DNA from: Rhodoferax sp.
Lineage (GTDB): Bacteria; Pseudomonadota; Gammaproteobacteria; Burkholderiales; Burkholderiaceae_C
NCBI GenBank assembly: GCA_031379255.1
Contig: JANNEZ010000019.1
Coordinates: forward strand, 1 to 38,641
Direction: 5' to 3'
Length of the DNA stretch: 38,641 bases
The stretch's first letter is position 1. Each line of letters begins with the position of its first letter. Positions 1 to 9,160 of the stretch are shown in pieces. The notes beneath the pieces are model-generated. The model searched no databases. It saw only the letters and a list, made by a program, of their open reading frames with translations, and had not been told where the DNA came from. Both the position numbers and the translations under genes were made by a program.

Positions 1-767
1 CGGCGCTGGGTGAAGGCGTGACGCACCTGAAAGTCGGCCAAAGTGTGGCCTGCCTCTCGGGCACCGGCGGCTTTGGCACCCACACGCTGGCCCCGGCCGA
101 CCGTTGCATGCCGCTGCCGCCCGGGTTCTCCCACGTAGACGCTGCCGCGTTCATCATGATTTACGCCACCTCGCACCATGCGCTGATCGACCGGGGCCAG
201 CTCAAGGCCGGTGAAACCGTGCTGGTGCTGGGCGCCGCGGGCGGCGTGGGCACTTCGGCGATCCAGATCGCCAAAGCCGTGGGCGCGAAGGTGATTGCTG
301 CGGCGTCCACCGACGAAAAATGTACGCTGTGCAAATCGATTGGCGCCGATGAAACCATCAATTACACCAAGGAAAACCTGCGCGAAGCCGTCAAAAAACT
401 CACCGGCGGCAACGGGCCGGATGTGATCTACGACCCAGTGGGCGGCGATTTCGCCGAACCGGCATTCCGCTCCATCGGCTGGCGCGGCCGTTACCTGGTG
501 GTGGGTTTCGCATCGGGTCCGATACCGTCGCTGCCGCTGAACCTGGCGCTGCTCAAGGGCGCTTCCATCGTCGGCGTTTTCTGGGGCGACTACTCGCGCC
601 GCGAGCCCAAGGCCAACGCCGCCATGATGATGGAGCTGGCGCAGTGGTATGCGCAGGGCAAGGTCAAACCGGTGATTGACCGCACCATGCCCATGGCCGA
701 GCTCAAGGCCGCTTACGCCCACATGGGCTCGCGCGGCGTGAAAGGCAAGCTGGTCATGGTGAACTAA
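1..767 (+). CDS. NADPH:quinone oxidoreductase / zeta-crystallin-like MDR-family protein, 5' end cut by window edge
   Basis: The frame is open from position 3 (ALGEGVTHLKVG...), so the M at 18 in the track is an internal GTG. It has the Rossmann motif VLVLGAAGGVGTSAIQIAK and the C-terminal GSRGVKGKLVMV typical of quinone-reductase MDR proteins. Confidence 0.8.
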   Translation, partial: ALGEGVTHLKVGQSVACLSGTGGFGTHTLAPADRCMPLPPGFSHVDAAAFIMIYATSHHALIDRGQLKAGETVLVLGAAGGVGTSAIQIAKAVGAKVIAAASTDEKCTLCKSIGADETINYTKENLREAVKKLTGGNGPDVIYDPVGGDFAEPAFRSIGWRGRYLVVGFASGPIPSLPLNLALLKGASIVGVFWGDYSRREPKANAAMMMELAQWYAQGKVKPVIDRTMPMAELKAAYAHMGSRGVKGKLVMVN

Positions 768-812
768 AATCGGGCACAGCCGGGCAAACAGACCCGGCGC
801 AGGAACATCCGC

Positions 813-1127
813 ATGGCCACACCGAAAGACGTTGGGTTTCCACAGATCGTCACCAAGGAAGAAGACGTCAAGACGCGTCCGATGCCGCTGCACGAGATCC
901 CCCTGCAAGCGCGCATCGACCGCGAAATGGCCGTTGTCAACGAGCACCACGCCCGCATCGGCAAGGCAATCTCCACCTTCTGGGGCCACCGGGATTGCGA
1001 CGAATACCTGCAGAAACTCATCATGAGCGGCGGCGACGGCTTGGGCAAGGCCCGCATCGGCTTCAAGAAGGAAGTGCTGGCGGCGCTGATGAACCTGAGC
1101 AATCTGCATGAAGTGACGCACCGCTGA
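813..1127 (+). CDS. small hypothetical protein (104 aa), function unknown
   Basis: ATG at 813 with AGGAA 7 nt upstream, and GC-rich third codon positions. I can name no motif (contains HHARIGKAISTFWGHRDCDEYLQKL). The 129-aa ORF 764..1153 on the other strand is its antisense shadow. Confidence 0.55.
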   Translation: MATPKDVGFPQIVTKEEDVKTRPMPLHEIPLQARIDREMAVVNEHHARIGKAISTFWGHRDCDEYLQKLIMSGGDGLGKARIGFKKEVLAALMNLSNLHEVTHR

Positions 1128-1140
1128 AGCGCATCGTCAA

Positions 1141-1258
1141 CAATCATACCCAAATTGGGGTTGATTGGCGTTTATCAGCTTGAATTTGCCGATTTGTGAA
1201 TAAAATTGGCCATCAAGTCAGGTATTTATTGAATAGTTTGCTATATAAACAATAACAA
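1141..1258 (+). repeat. copy A of a dispersed bipartite AT-rich intergenic repeat (hairpin module 1141-1168, core ATAGTTTGCTAT at 1243-1254)
   Basis: Its reverse complement aligns by hand to 19511-19622: about 35/40 identical in one block and 26/28 in the other. A weaker match in the same orientation exists at 37688-37795. Confidence 0.7.
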
Positions 1259-1296
1259 ATTGCGCACCAAGGCGAGTTTTGCCCGCTTGAATGCGC

Positions 1297-1327
1297 AAAA
1301 AAAAGGGCTCCGGTTGGAGCCCTTTTT
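1297..1327. terminator. bidirectional rho-independent terminator
   Basis: Perfect 7-bp stem GGGCTCC (1305-1311) / GGAGCCC (1316-1322) with loop GGTT. It is flanked by A8 (1297-1304) and T5 (1323-1327). On the minus strand the hairpin plus U8 lies directly 3' of tRNA-Ser; on the plus strand it follows the 104-aa ORF and repeat A. Confidence 0.8.
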
Positions 1328-1330
1328 ATT

Positions 1331-1423
1331 TGGCGGAAACGGAGGGATTCGAACCCTCGATGAGGCTCTACACCCCATACTCCCTTAGCAGGGGAGCACC
1401 TTCGGCCGCTCGGTCACGTTTCC
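1331..1423 (-). tRNA. tRNA-Ser (anticodon GCU), class II with long variable arm, CCA encoded
   Basis: The reverse complement reads GGAAACGTGACCGAGCGGCCGAAGGTGCTCCCCTGCTAAGGGAGTATGGGGTGTAGAGCCTCATCGAGGGTTCGAATCCCTCCGTTTCCGCCA. Acceptor stem is GGAAACG/CGTTTCC. The anticodon stem CTCCC/GGGAG carries loop CT-GCT-AA. T arm is GAGGG-TTCGAAT-CCCTC. Confidence 0.93.
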
Positions 1424-1446
1424 TGATGCCGTCAATTCGATGCGTG

Positions 1447-1455
1447 ATTATCTCA
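1447..1455 (-). promoter_or_regulatory. candidate extended -10 promoter element (TGaGATAAT) for tRNA-Ser
   Basis: The minus strand reads TGAGATAAT ending 23 nt upstream of the mature tRNA 5' end. There is no good -35 hexamer, so this is only a sequence-pattern guess. Confidence 0.3.
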
Positions 1456-1565
1456 CGCCATGGCGACTGGCCCCCACGCTTGCCACTTCGTGTGCTGCGC
1501 TGCCCCCCGAGGGGGCGCATTTTGCCTTGGGGCGGCCCGGCGGCAAAACCGGCTAAAAAGCTGGC

Positions 1566-2837
1566 TTATTTGGCCGGCGCCTGCTCCAGTTCAAAGGCCT
1601 TGTGCAGGGCGCGCACGGCCAGTTCCATGTATTTTTCGTCGATCACCACGGAGGTCTTGATTTCACTGGTGGAGATCATCTGGATGTTGATAGCCTCTTC
1701 ACTTAGACAGCGGAACATCTTGGCGGCCACGCCGACGTGGCTGCGCATGCCGATGCCGACGATGGAGACCTTGCAGATTTTGATGTCTCCCTGCACTTCT
1801 TGCGCGCCCAGCGAGGGCAACACCTTGGTCTTGAGCAGATCGACTGCCTTGGGGTAATCGCCGCGGTTCACGGTGAAGCTGAAGTCGGTCTTGCCCTCCT
1901 TGCTGATGTTCTGGATGATCATGTCGACTTCAATGTTCGCCTCGGCCACGGCGCCCAGGATCTGGTACGCGATGCCGGGTTTGTCGGGCACGCCCAGGAT
2001 GGAGATTTTGGCTTCGTCGCGGTTGAACGCGATGCCTGAAACGGTGGCTTGCTCCATATGTTCGTCTTCCTCAAATGAAATCAAAGTGCCGGATGCGGCT
2101 TCTTCGTTGATGTCGATATCCCATGGCGTGAAGCTCGAAAGCACGCGCAGCGGGACCTTGTATTTGCCAGCAAACTCAACCGAGCGGATCTGCAGCACTT
2201 TGGAGCCCAGCGAGGCCATCTCCAGCATCTCTTCGAAACTCACGGTGTGCAGGCGCCGCGCCTCGGGCACGATGCGCGGGTCGGTGGTGTAGACGCCGTC
2301 CACGTCGGTGTAGATCAGGCACTCCTGGGCCTTCATCGCCGCAGCCACGGCCACGGCCGAGGTGTCTGAGCCGCCACGGCCAAGGGTAGTGATGTTGCCC
2401 GCGTCGTCCACACCCTGAAAGCCGGTGACGATGACCACTTTGCCTGCCGAGAGGTCGGCCCGCACCCGGGTGTCGTCAATCGACTCGATGCGCGCCTTGG
2501 TGTAGGCCATGTTGGTGCGGATCGGCACCTGCCAGCCGGCGTAACTGACCGACTCCATGCCCTCGCCCTGCAAGGCAATGGCCAACAAGGCGCTGGAGGC
2601 CTGCTCGCCGGTGGCGGCCAGCATGTCGAGTTCGCGGTCGTAGGCGCTGCCGGTTTTGGCGGGCGCGAGTTCTTTGGCCAGACCGAGCAAACGGTTGGTT
2701 TCGCCACTCATGGCACTCGGGACAACCACCATCTGGTGGCCGGCGCGCGCCCATTTGGCGACGCGTTTGGCGACATTTTTGATGCGCTCGGTGGAGCCCA
2801 TCGACGTGCCGCCGTATTTGTGAACAATCAATGCCAT
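1566..2837 (-). CDS. lysC: aspartate kinase (423 aa)
   Basis: MALIVHKYGGTSMGSTERIKNVAKRV is a classic aspartokinase N-terminus, followed by two C-terminal ACT-like regions. I chose the start at ATG 2837; the track ORF extends 34 codons further upstream with non-homologous sequence. Confidence 0.95.
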   Translation of the reverse strand: MALIVHKYGGTSMGSTERIKNVAKRVAKWARAGHQMVVVPSAMSGETNRLLGLAKELAPAKTGSAYDRELDMLAATGEQASSALLAIALQGEGMESVSYAGWQVPIRTNMAYTKARIESIDDTRVRADLSAGKVVIVTGFQGVDDAGNITTLGRGGSDTSAVAVAAAMKAQECLIYTDVDGVYTTDPRIVPEARRLHTVSFEEMLEMASLGSKVLQIRSVEFAGKYKVPLRVLSSFTPWDIDINEEAASGTLISFEEDEHMEQATVSGIAFNRDEAKISILGVPDKPGIAYQILGAVAEANIEVDMIIQNISKEGKTDFSFTVNRGDYPKAVDLLKTKVLPSLGAQEVQGDIKICKVSIVGIGMRSHVGVAAKMFRCLSEEAINIQMISTSEIKTSVVIDEKYMELAVRALHKAFELEQAPAK

Positions 2838-2886
2838 GGGAGGGAAAAACAGAGGGGAAGCAGGCCGAAAAGGCGGGCAAAAAAAC

Positions 2887-3849
2887 CTAGGGATTGTACC
2901 AAGCCAAACCATCGCCTTCGCGGCGCACATGACCCGCACCGATTTTCAGATGGATCTGGTGTCCGCGTGTGGCGCAAGCCGCCACCTGCGCCAGCAATTC
3001 CTCCAGTTGGGCCGCGCTCGGCACAGAGCCGAAACGGGTCTTGAGCCAATGCCGCAGCACGTTGGCCTGGCGCGGCCGGCTGAGAGCCCGCAGCGGGTCG
3101 ATCAAGGGATGCTGGCCGCTTGGGGCCGCGACACGCTCGAAGTCCAGGGCCGCAAATTCGGTTAACAGCGCCTGGGCCTGGGCTGCGTGCGCGCTGCTGC
3201 GGGTAAAGGTGTCTCGAAACTCCGGAAACACGGCAGCCAGCGCCGGCAGCAGGCGTGCGCGAATGCGGTTGCGGGTGAAGCGCTCATCCTGGTTGGTCGG
3301 ATCTTCAACAAAGGGCTGCTGTTGCCGCGTCAGCCATTCGCGGATCGCCGTGACGGAAACGCCCAGCAGGGGCCGGTGGAAATCCAGCCCGCTGCGCTGC
3401 CAGTGCACGGGCATCGCCGCCAGACCCGCCAGACCCGCGCCACGGCTCAACGCCAGCAGCAATGTCTCGACCTGGTCATCGGCGTGTTGGGCGATGGCAA
3501 TTGATGGGAGTGCACGGGTGGTAGCGCCCGCAACGGCCAAATCCACCAGACCCTGGTAGCGCGCCTTGCGTGCGGCATCTTCGGGGCTTTGGCCGGGCAG
3601 AGCGCCGGCTTGCACAGAGGCGCTGCGCAAAGGCACCTCAAGGCGCGCGCAGAAGTCCTCGCAATGTTTCTGGAAGTCCCGCGCAGCGGCCTGCAGGCCA
3701 TGGTTGACGTGCAAGGCCTCCACCTGGCCCGGCCATTTGCCGGCGCAGGCCAACAGCAAGGCCGTGGAGTCCGCGCCGCCGCTGTAGGCCACGCCCAGCG
3801 GCAACTGTGGCGAAAACTGGAGGATCGCCTGGGAAAACGCGGTGCTCAT
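2887..3849 (-). CDS. tilS: tRNA(Ile)-lysidine synthase
   Basis: PP-loop ATPase motif GVAYSGGADSTALLL near the N-terminus, with TilS-like length. ATG at 3849 is preferred over the TTG at 3861 used by the track; the exact start is uncertain. Confidence 0.85.
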   Translation of the reverse strand: MSTAFSQAILQFSPQLPLGVAYSGGADSTALLLACAGKWPGQVEALHVNHGLQAAARDFQKHCEDFCARLEVPLRSASVQAGALPGQSPEDAARKARYQGLVDLAVAGATTRALPSIAIAQHADDQVETLLLALSRGAGLAGLAAMPVHWQRSGLDFHRPLLGVSVTAIREWLTRQQQPFVEDPTNQDERFTRNRIRARLLPALAAVFPEFRDTFTRSSAHAAQAQALLTEFAALDFERVAAPSGQHPLIDPLRALSRPRQANVLRHWLKTRFGSVPSAAQLEELLAQVAACATRGHQIHLKIGAGHVRREGDGLAWYNP

Positions 3850-3879
3850 GGCACGACACAAGCGCTGAACCTGCGCGCC

Positions 3880-4974
3880 CTATTTCGCCGCTGTTCTGGC
3901 GGCGGCGGAGCGGCGCTCCAGCGGGCGGTCATTGCCGCGTTCGGCGCTGCGTTCCTGGCGGCGCTCGCGCCGGTCAATCGCAGCCAGGCTGCGCTCAGAG
4001 CCGGCATCGGCTTTGGTGTCGATGAACCGGCCATAACTCTGCAGACGGTCATAACGGCGGTCCAGCAGTTCCTTGACCTTCAGGTCACTGACCTGGCGGT
4101 AGGCATCGGTCAAGGCGCGCTTGACAAAGGCGGCCATTTGTTTGTGGTCGCGGTGGGCGCCACCGACAGGCTCGTTGATGATCTTGTCGACCAGCCCGAA
4201 AGCTTTCAAACGGTGGGCCGTGATACCCAGCGCTTCCGCCGCTTCCTGCGCGCGGTCGGAGGTTTTCCAGAGGATCGAGGCGCACCCTTCCGGGCTGATG
4301 ACGGAGTAAATGGAATACTGCGGCATAAGCACCTGGTCGGCCACCGAAATCGCCAGCGCGCCGCCGGAGCCGCCTTCGCCGATGATGGTGGTGATGATGG
4401 GCACTTCGAGCTGCGCCATCTCGAATATGTTGCGCCCAATCGCTTCGGATTGCCCGCGCTCTTCAGCGTCAATGCCCGGGTAGGCGCCGGGCGTGTCGAC
4501 AAACGTGAACACCGGCAGCTTGAATTTTTCGGCCAGTTTCATCAAGCGCAGCGCCTTGCGGTAACCTTCGGGCTTGCTCATGCCGAAATTGCGCAGGCCG
4601 CGCTCTTTCGTGTCGCGGCCCTTTTGCTGCCCCAGCACCATGCAGGGCGTGCCGTTGAAACGCGCCAGGCCGCCCACTATGCTCAAGTCGTCCGCGAAAT
4701 GCCGGTCGCCATGCAGCTCGATAAAGTGGGTGAATATCTCGTCAATGTAGTCCAGCGTGTAGGGCCGCTCGGCATGCCGGGCGATCTTGGTGATCTGCCA
4801 GGGTGTGAGGTCGCTGTAGATGTCTTTGGTGAGCTGGTGGCTCTTTTTGGCCAACTGGTCGATTTCCGCGGAAATGTCTACGGCGGACTCGGTTTGCACA
4901 TACCGGAGTTCTTCAATCTTGTTTTCGAGCTCGGCAATCGGTTGCTCGAAGTCGAGAAAAATTTTCTTTGCCAA
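3880..4974 (-). CDS. accA: acetyl-CoA carboxylase carboxyltransferase alpha subunit, with extra Arg/Glu-rich C-terminal tail
   Basis: The N-terminus (L/M)[23 protein letters not shown] and [13 protein letters not shown] match AccA. The start is TTG at 4974 with GAGGAG 6 nt upstream. Confidence 0.93.
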   Translation of the reverse strand: MAKKIFLDFEQPIAELENKIEELRYVQTESAVDISAEIDQLAKKSHQLTKDIYSDLTPWQITKIARHAERPYTLDYIDEIFTHFIELHGDRHFADDLSIVGGLARFNGTPCMVLGQQKGRDTKERGLRNFGMSKPEGYRKALRLMKLAEKFKLPVFTFVDTPGAYPGIDAEERGQSEAIGRNIFEMAQLEVPIITTIIGEGGSGGALAISVADQVLMPQYSIYSVISPEGCASILWKTSDRAQEAAEALGITAHRLKAFGLVDKIINEPVGGAHRDHKQMAAFVKRALTDAYRQVSDLKVKELLDRRYDRLQSYGRFIDTKADAGSERSLAAIDRRERRQERSAERGNDRPLERRSAAARTAAK

Positions 4975-4992
4975 TTGAGGCTCCTCTGCTAA

Positions 4993-5643
4993 TCAGTAGT
5001 CGACAGGAAGCGGATCCAGCGAGCGCCAAATATACCAAGTTGCCACGCTGCAGTATGGAGCCCAGGCGGCGGCCACTTCGCGCGCATCACTTCGGCTGAC
5101 GGCTTCGCCGGAAAAATAGTTTTTGCTGATGCCGTTGATGAGCCCCACATCGTCGAGCGGCAAAACGTTGGGACGCATCAGGTGGAAAATCAGGAACATC
5201 TCCGCCGTCCACCGCCCAATGCCGCGAATCGATACCAGCTCGCTGATGATCGCATCGTCGTCCATCGCCTGCCAGCCGCCCACATGCAGGGAGCCGCTGT
5301 GGAAATGCAGCGCCAGGTCGACCAGGTATTCAACCTTGCGCGCAGACAGGCCTGCGGCTCGCATGTCGTCGACTTTGAGTTTGAGCACATTGGGGGCGGT
5401 CATTTTCTTGGGCAATACGGCAAAGCGGTCCCACACGGTTTGCGCCGCCTTGACCGAAATTTGCTGCCCCACGATGCTGCGCGCCAGGGTGCTGAAGGCG
5501 TCTCCGCGGGTTTGCAGGCAGGCGTCGCCAAACTGCGGAATCAGGCGCTTCATGACCCGGTCTTTCTTGACCAGGTGTTTGCAGGCGTCTCCCCAATAGT
5601 CTGGCTGGACCTTCTCTGACGCTATCGTTTTTGCAGCCGCCAT
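4993..5643 (-). CDS. HhH-GPD base-excision enzyme, DNA-3-methyladenine glycosylase II (AlkA-like, short form)
   Basis: Helix-hairpin-helix LVSIRGIGRWTAEMFLIF, followed by the catalytic-Asp region VLPLDDVGLING. Confidence 0.8.
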   Translation of the reverse strand: MAAAKTIASEKVQPDYWGDACKHLVKKDRVMKRLIPQFGDACLQTRGDAFSTLARSIVGQQISVKAAQTVWDRFAVLPKKMTAPNVLKLKVDDMRAAGLSARKVEYLVDLALHFHSGSLHVGGWQAMDDDAIISELVSIRGIGRWTAEMFLIFHLMRPNVLPLDDVGLINGISKNYFSGEAVSRSDAREVAAAWAPYCSVATWYIWRSLDPLPVDY

Positions 5644-5688
5644 TTCGTCAAACCAAAGACTTGAAGGTCAATAGCACTGCAACCCCGA

Positions 5689-7152
5689 TCATTTGGCCTC
5701 CCACGTGGTGCCCGAAGGCGAATCCTTCAGCACGATGCCTTGGGCGAGCAATTGTTGCCGAATTCGGTCGGCTTCGGCGAAATTTTTAATGGCCTTGGCG
5801 GCAGCGCGCTGGGCAATAAGTTCAGCAATCGGAAGGCTTTGAACCACCGTCAACCCATGACCAACCTGCTGTACGCCAGGGGCAGGGGCCAATATACCTT
5901 GCATACCGCGCGCCGGCATGATATCCCCGTCAGCACTCGGAAGCCACTGCAAGTGAATTTCCGGATTGTTCTGCAACAAACCCAGGCAAGCTCCCAACGC
6001 CCGGAGCAACCCCGCTGCTTGCACCGACTTACTGCGATTGACTTCCCCCGCAAGATCAAATAGCACCGCCACCGCTTCTGGCGTACCAAAGTCGTCGTCC
6101 ATCGCGGCTTTAAAACGGTCAGCAAATGGGTTGCGCCAGTCGACAACCACGTGAGCGGGATCAACCAGTTTCAGTGCCGTATACAGCCGCTTCAAGGAAT
6201 TGCGCGCATCGTCCAGATGCACATCGCTGTAATTCAAGGCGCTGCGGTAATGCGCGCGCACGATGAAAAAGCGCAGTTCTTCCGGCTGGTATTTTTTCAG
6301 CACATCGCGCACCGTGAAAAAATTGCCCAGCGACTTGGACATCTTTTCGTTGTCGATATTGACGAAGCCGTTGTGCATCCAGACCTTGGCCAATGCCTTC
6401 CCGTTTGCGCCTTCACTCTGCGCGATTTCGTTTTCGTGGTGCGGAAATTGCAAGTCGGCGCCGCCGCCATGGATGTCAAAGGTTTCGCCCAGCAGGCTGC
6501 ACGCCATCGCCGAACATTCAATATGCCAGCCCGGGCGCCCCTTGCCATACCGGCTGTCCCACTTGGCGTCGTCAGGCTCACTTGGTTTAGCTGCCTTCCA
6601 CAACACAAAGTCCAGCGGATCGTCCTTGCCGTCGAGCACAGCAACCCGTTCGCCTGCATGCAGCTCATCGAGCGACTTGCCCGACAGTTTTCCATAGCCT
6701 GGAAATTTGCGCACGGCAAAGTTCACGTCGCCGGACTGCGTTTCATAGGCAAGTTTTTTCTCAACCAGTGTTTCGACAATGGACAACATCTGCGGTACGA
6801 AGTCGGTCGCTCTGGGGTCGTGGTCAGGCCGCTCAATGTTCAGGGCATCAAAATCACGGTACATCTCGACGATCATGCGGTCGGTGAGCGAACGCACGGT
6901 TTCGCCATTTTTCACCGCACGCGCAATGATCTTGTCGTCTATGTCGGTGATATTGCGCACAAACGTCACCTTCAACCCGGAGACCCTCAACCAGCGCTGC
7001 ACCACGTCGAACGCCACGTTGGCCCGGGCGTGGCCGACGTGGCAAAGGTCATAGACGGTGATCCCGCACACATACAGGCGGACGTGACGGGGCTCGAGCG
7101 GCTCCAGGGCTTCGACAGAACGAAGCAAGGTGTTGTAAATGCGCTGGGTCAT
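5689..7152 (-). CDS. cysS: cysteine--tRNA ligase (487 aa)
   Basis: [12 protein letters not shown]...[18 protein letters not shown] (HIGH-type motif) and KMSKSLGNF (KMSKS motif). I chose the start at ATG 7152; the 44 upstream codons in the track are non-homologous. Confidence 0.93.
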   Translation of the reverse strand: MTQRIYNTLLRSVEALEPLEPRHVRLYVCGITVYDLCHVGHARANVAFDVVQRWLRVSGLKVTFVRNITDIDDKIIARAVKNGETVRSLTDRMIVEMYRDFDALNIERPDHDPRATDFVPQMLSIVETLVEKKLAYETQSGDVNFAVRKFPGYGKLSGKSLDELHAGERVAVLDGKDDPLDFVLWKAAKPSEPDDAKWDSRYGKGRPGWHIECSAMACSLLGETFDIHGGGADLQFPHHENEIAQSEGANGKALAKVWMHNGFVNIDNEKMSKSLGNFFTVRDVLKKYQPEELRFFIVRAHYRSALNYSDVHLDDARNSLKRLYTALKLVDPAHVVVDWRNPFADRFKAAMDDDFGTPEAVAVLFDLAGEVNRSKSVQAAGLLRALGACLGLLQNNPEIHLQWLPSADGDIMPARGMQGILAPAPGVQQVGHGLTVVQSLPIAELIAQRAAAKAIKNFAEADRIRQQLLAQGIVLKDSPSGTTWEAK

Positions 7153-7323
7153 GGCGGCGAAAAAACAGCGGGAGTGTGATCCGGCGCGGTCAGGGGTTTG
7201 AGTTGGATTCTCTCGGGAACCCAATGGGCTCTCGGGTACAATCGCTGGCAGTATAGAGCCCTCGAAAACTTCCCGGCCAGTCACTTTTTTTCGCTTTGGG
7301 CTTGGGGTGGAACTTGCGATTTC

Positions 7324-7956
7324 ATGACCACCATTTTTTCTTCGCTACTTCGCAGCTTGGACTCTTGTCGCAGCCTTGGCGCCGCCATCCTGTTGACCAC
7401 ATTGGTGGCAGGATTGTCTGCGGCATTTCCCGCGCATGCGGATGCCTACGACGACGTAAGCGCCTTGATGCGATCTGGCCGCGCTTCAGACGCGATGGAG
7501 CAGGCAGACAAGTACCTGGCGACGCGGCCGCAAGACCCGCAAATGCGTTTTCTCAAGGGGATGATCCAGCGCGACGCCGGGAAAGTTGACGAAGCGCTGG
7601 CCACGTTCACCCGGTTGACCCAAGACTACCCGGAATTGCCGGAACCGCACAACAATCTGGCCGTCTTGTACGCGTCGCGCAACGAAATAGAGAAGGCCCG
7701 GGCCTCACTGGAAATGGCAGTCAGAGCCAACCCGGAGTACGCCACGGCGCACGAAAATCTGGGAGACGTGTATGTGAGGCTTGCCGCCAGCGCCTTTGCG
7801 CGCGCGCAGCAACTTGGCGCGGGCAGCGCGTCTGTCGCGCCAAAGTTAAACTTGATTCAACAACTCGTTGGCAGCGCAAAAGCAGTTTCACCTGCGGTGC
7901 AGCCGCCATCGCCTGCTGGTGCGCCTGCCCAGCCGCCGAAAGGAAACCCGCCATGA
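7324..7956 (+). CDS. secreted TPR-repeat protein (210 aa)
   Basis: Start at ATG 7324 gives a signal-peptide-like N-terminus ([24 protein letters not shown]). TPR-like repeats are present ([48 protein letters not shown]). The stop overlaps the ppiA start (ATGA). Confidence 0.75.
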   Translation: MTTIFSSLLRSLDSCRSLGAAILLTTLVAGLSAAFPAHADAYDDVSALMRSGRASDAMEQADKYLATRPQDPQMRFLKGMIQRDAGKVDEALATFTRLTQDYPELPEPHNNLAVLYASRNEIEKARASLEMAVRANPEYATAHENLGDVYVRLAASAFARAQQLGAGSASVAPKLNLIQQLVGSAKAVSPAVQPPSPAGAPAQPPKGNPP

Positions 7957-8651
7957 AATTTTCTGTTCTGTCGCGCAAACGCGCATGGGTCAAACACCTG
8001 CCGATCCTCTGGATTGGCCTGTTTGCGTTGGTCAACCCCGCGCTCGCGCAGTCCGCGCCACAGGTCAAATTTTCGACCTCGGCTGGCGACTTTGTGGTGG
8101 AGGTATATCCTGACAAAGCCCCCAAAACCGTCGAGAATTTTCTGCAGTACGTCAAAGACAAGCACTATGACGGGACTGTCTTTCACCGGGTGATTGAGAA
8201 TTTCATGGTCCAGGGTGGCGGCTTCGACGCCAAATACGCCGAGAAGAAAAGCCGCGCGCCGGTTGCCCACGAAGGGCGCGAGGCGCTTGAAAAAGGGGGT
8301 TCGAAAAATGTGGTGGGCACACTTGCCATGGCGCGTACCAATGACCCGCATTCGGCCACGGCACAATTTTTCATCAACGTCAAAGACAACGCCTTTCTCG
8401 ACCCTACCTTGATTCCACCCGGAGACCCGGTGGCGAAATTCGAGTACCAGGGGCGCACTTACGAGAACACACCGCGCGCCAACCTCATGAATGCACCTCA
8501 ATTGTTTGGCTACACCGTATTTGGCAAAGTGGTCAGCGGCATGGAGACAGTCAATAAAATTCGCGCCACGCCTACCGGCGCGGGCGGCCCTTTCCCGACG
8601 GACGTTCCCAAAACGGCCATTGTTATCAACTCCGCAACCCTGGTGAAATAA
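7953..8651 (+). CDS. ppiA: periplasmic cyclophilin-type peptidyl-prolyl cis-trans isomerase
   Basis: N-terminal signal peptide ([15 protein letters not shown]), then cyclophilin motifs [15 protein letters not shown] and [17 protein letters not shown]. Confidence 0.9.
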   Translation: MKFSVLSRKRAWVKHLPILWIGLFALVNPALAQSAPQVKFSTSAGDFVVEVYPDKAPKTVENFLQYVKDKHYDGTVFHRVIENFMVQGGGFDAKYAEKKSRAPVAHEGREALEKGGSKNVVGTLAMARTNDPHSATAQFFINVKDNAFLDPTLIPPGDPVAKFEYQGRTYENTPRANLMNAPQLFGYTVFGKVVSGMETVNKIRATPTGAGGPFPTDVPKTAIVINSATLVK

Positions 8652-8653
8652 GC

Positions 8654-9160
8654 ATGAGCAACCCGAAAATCGAACTCCACATTACTAATTTTGGCGTCGT
8701 TACGCTCGAACTGGACGCTGAAAAAGCCCCCAAATCTGTTGCCAATTTTTTGAGCTACGTAGGCAAAGGGCATTACAACAACACGATTTTCCACCGCGTG
8801 ATTCCCGGCTTTATGGTGCAAGGTGGCGGCATGGAACCGGGCATGAAGGAAAAACGGGGCGACTCCCCCATCAACAATGAGGCCGACAATGGACTCAAGA
8901 ACACCAAGTACACCGTGGCGATGGCACGTACCAGCGACCCCCACTCCGCCACCGCGCAGTTTTTCATCAATGCCGCCGACAATGGTTTCTTGAACCACAC
9001 CGCTATTTCCCAACAAGGTTGGGGTTACGCAGTGTTCGGAAAAGTCATCTCTGGAACCGATATCGTCGACAAAATCGAAGCCGTCAAAACCGGTCGCAAA
9101 GGCCACCACGATGATGTGCCGAACGACGACGTCGTGTTAGAAAAAGCCGTTGCGCTCTGA
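8654..9160 (+). CDS. ppiB: cytoplasmic cyclophilin-type peptidyl-prolyl cis-trans isomerase
   Basis: No signal peptide. Cyclophilin motifs [14 protein letters not shown] and [17 protein letters not shown]. Confidence 0.92.
   Translation: MSNPKIELHITNFGVVTLELDAEKAPKSVANFLSYVGKGHYNNTIFHRVIPGFMVQGGGMEPGMKEKRGDSPINNEADNGLKNTKYTVAMARTSDPHSATAQFFINAADNGFLNHTAISQQGWGYAVFGKVISGTDIVDKIEAVKTGRKGHHDDVPNDDVVLEKAVAL

Noticed and set aside
1141-1423. Possibility that tRNA-Ser marks a genomic-island integration site
   Set aside because: There is no integrase, I spotted no direct repeat of the tRNA 3' end by eye, and both flanks are housekeeping genes.
1499-1518. GC-rich hairpin GCCCCC-CGA-GGGGGC downstream of lysC
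   Set aside because: There is no U-tract on the lysC (minus) strand, so it is not a canonical intrinsic terminator. It may be a 3' stabiliser, but that cannot be supported from sequence alone.
3589-4992. 467-aa ORF on the plus strand
   Set aside because: It lies entirely antisense to accA and tilS, which have unambiguous homology. The product is Arg/Ala/Gly-rich with no motifs, a typical high-GC shadow ORF.
6151-7179. 342-aa ORF on the plus strand
   Set aside because: It is antisense to cysS, with no recognisable motif. It is open only because of the GC-rich third positions of the real gene.
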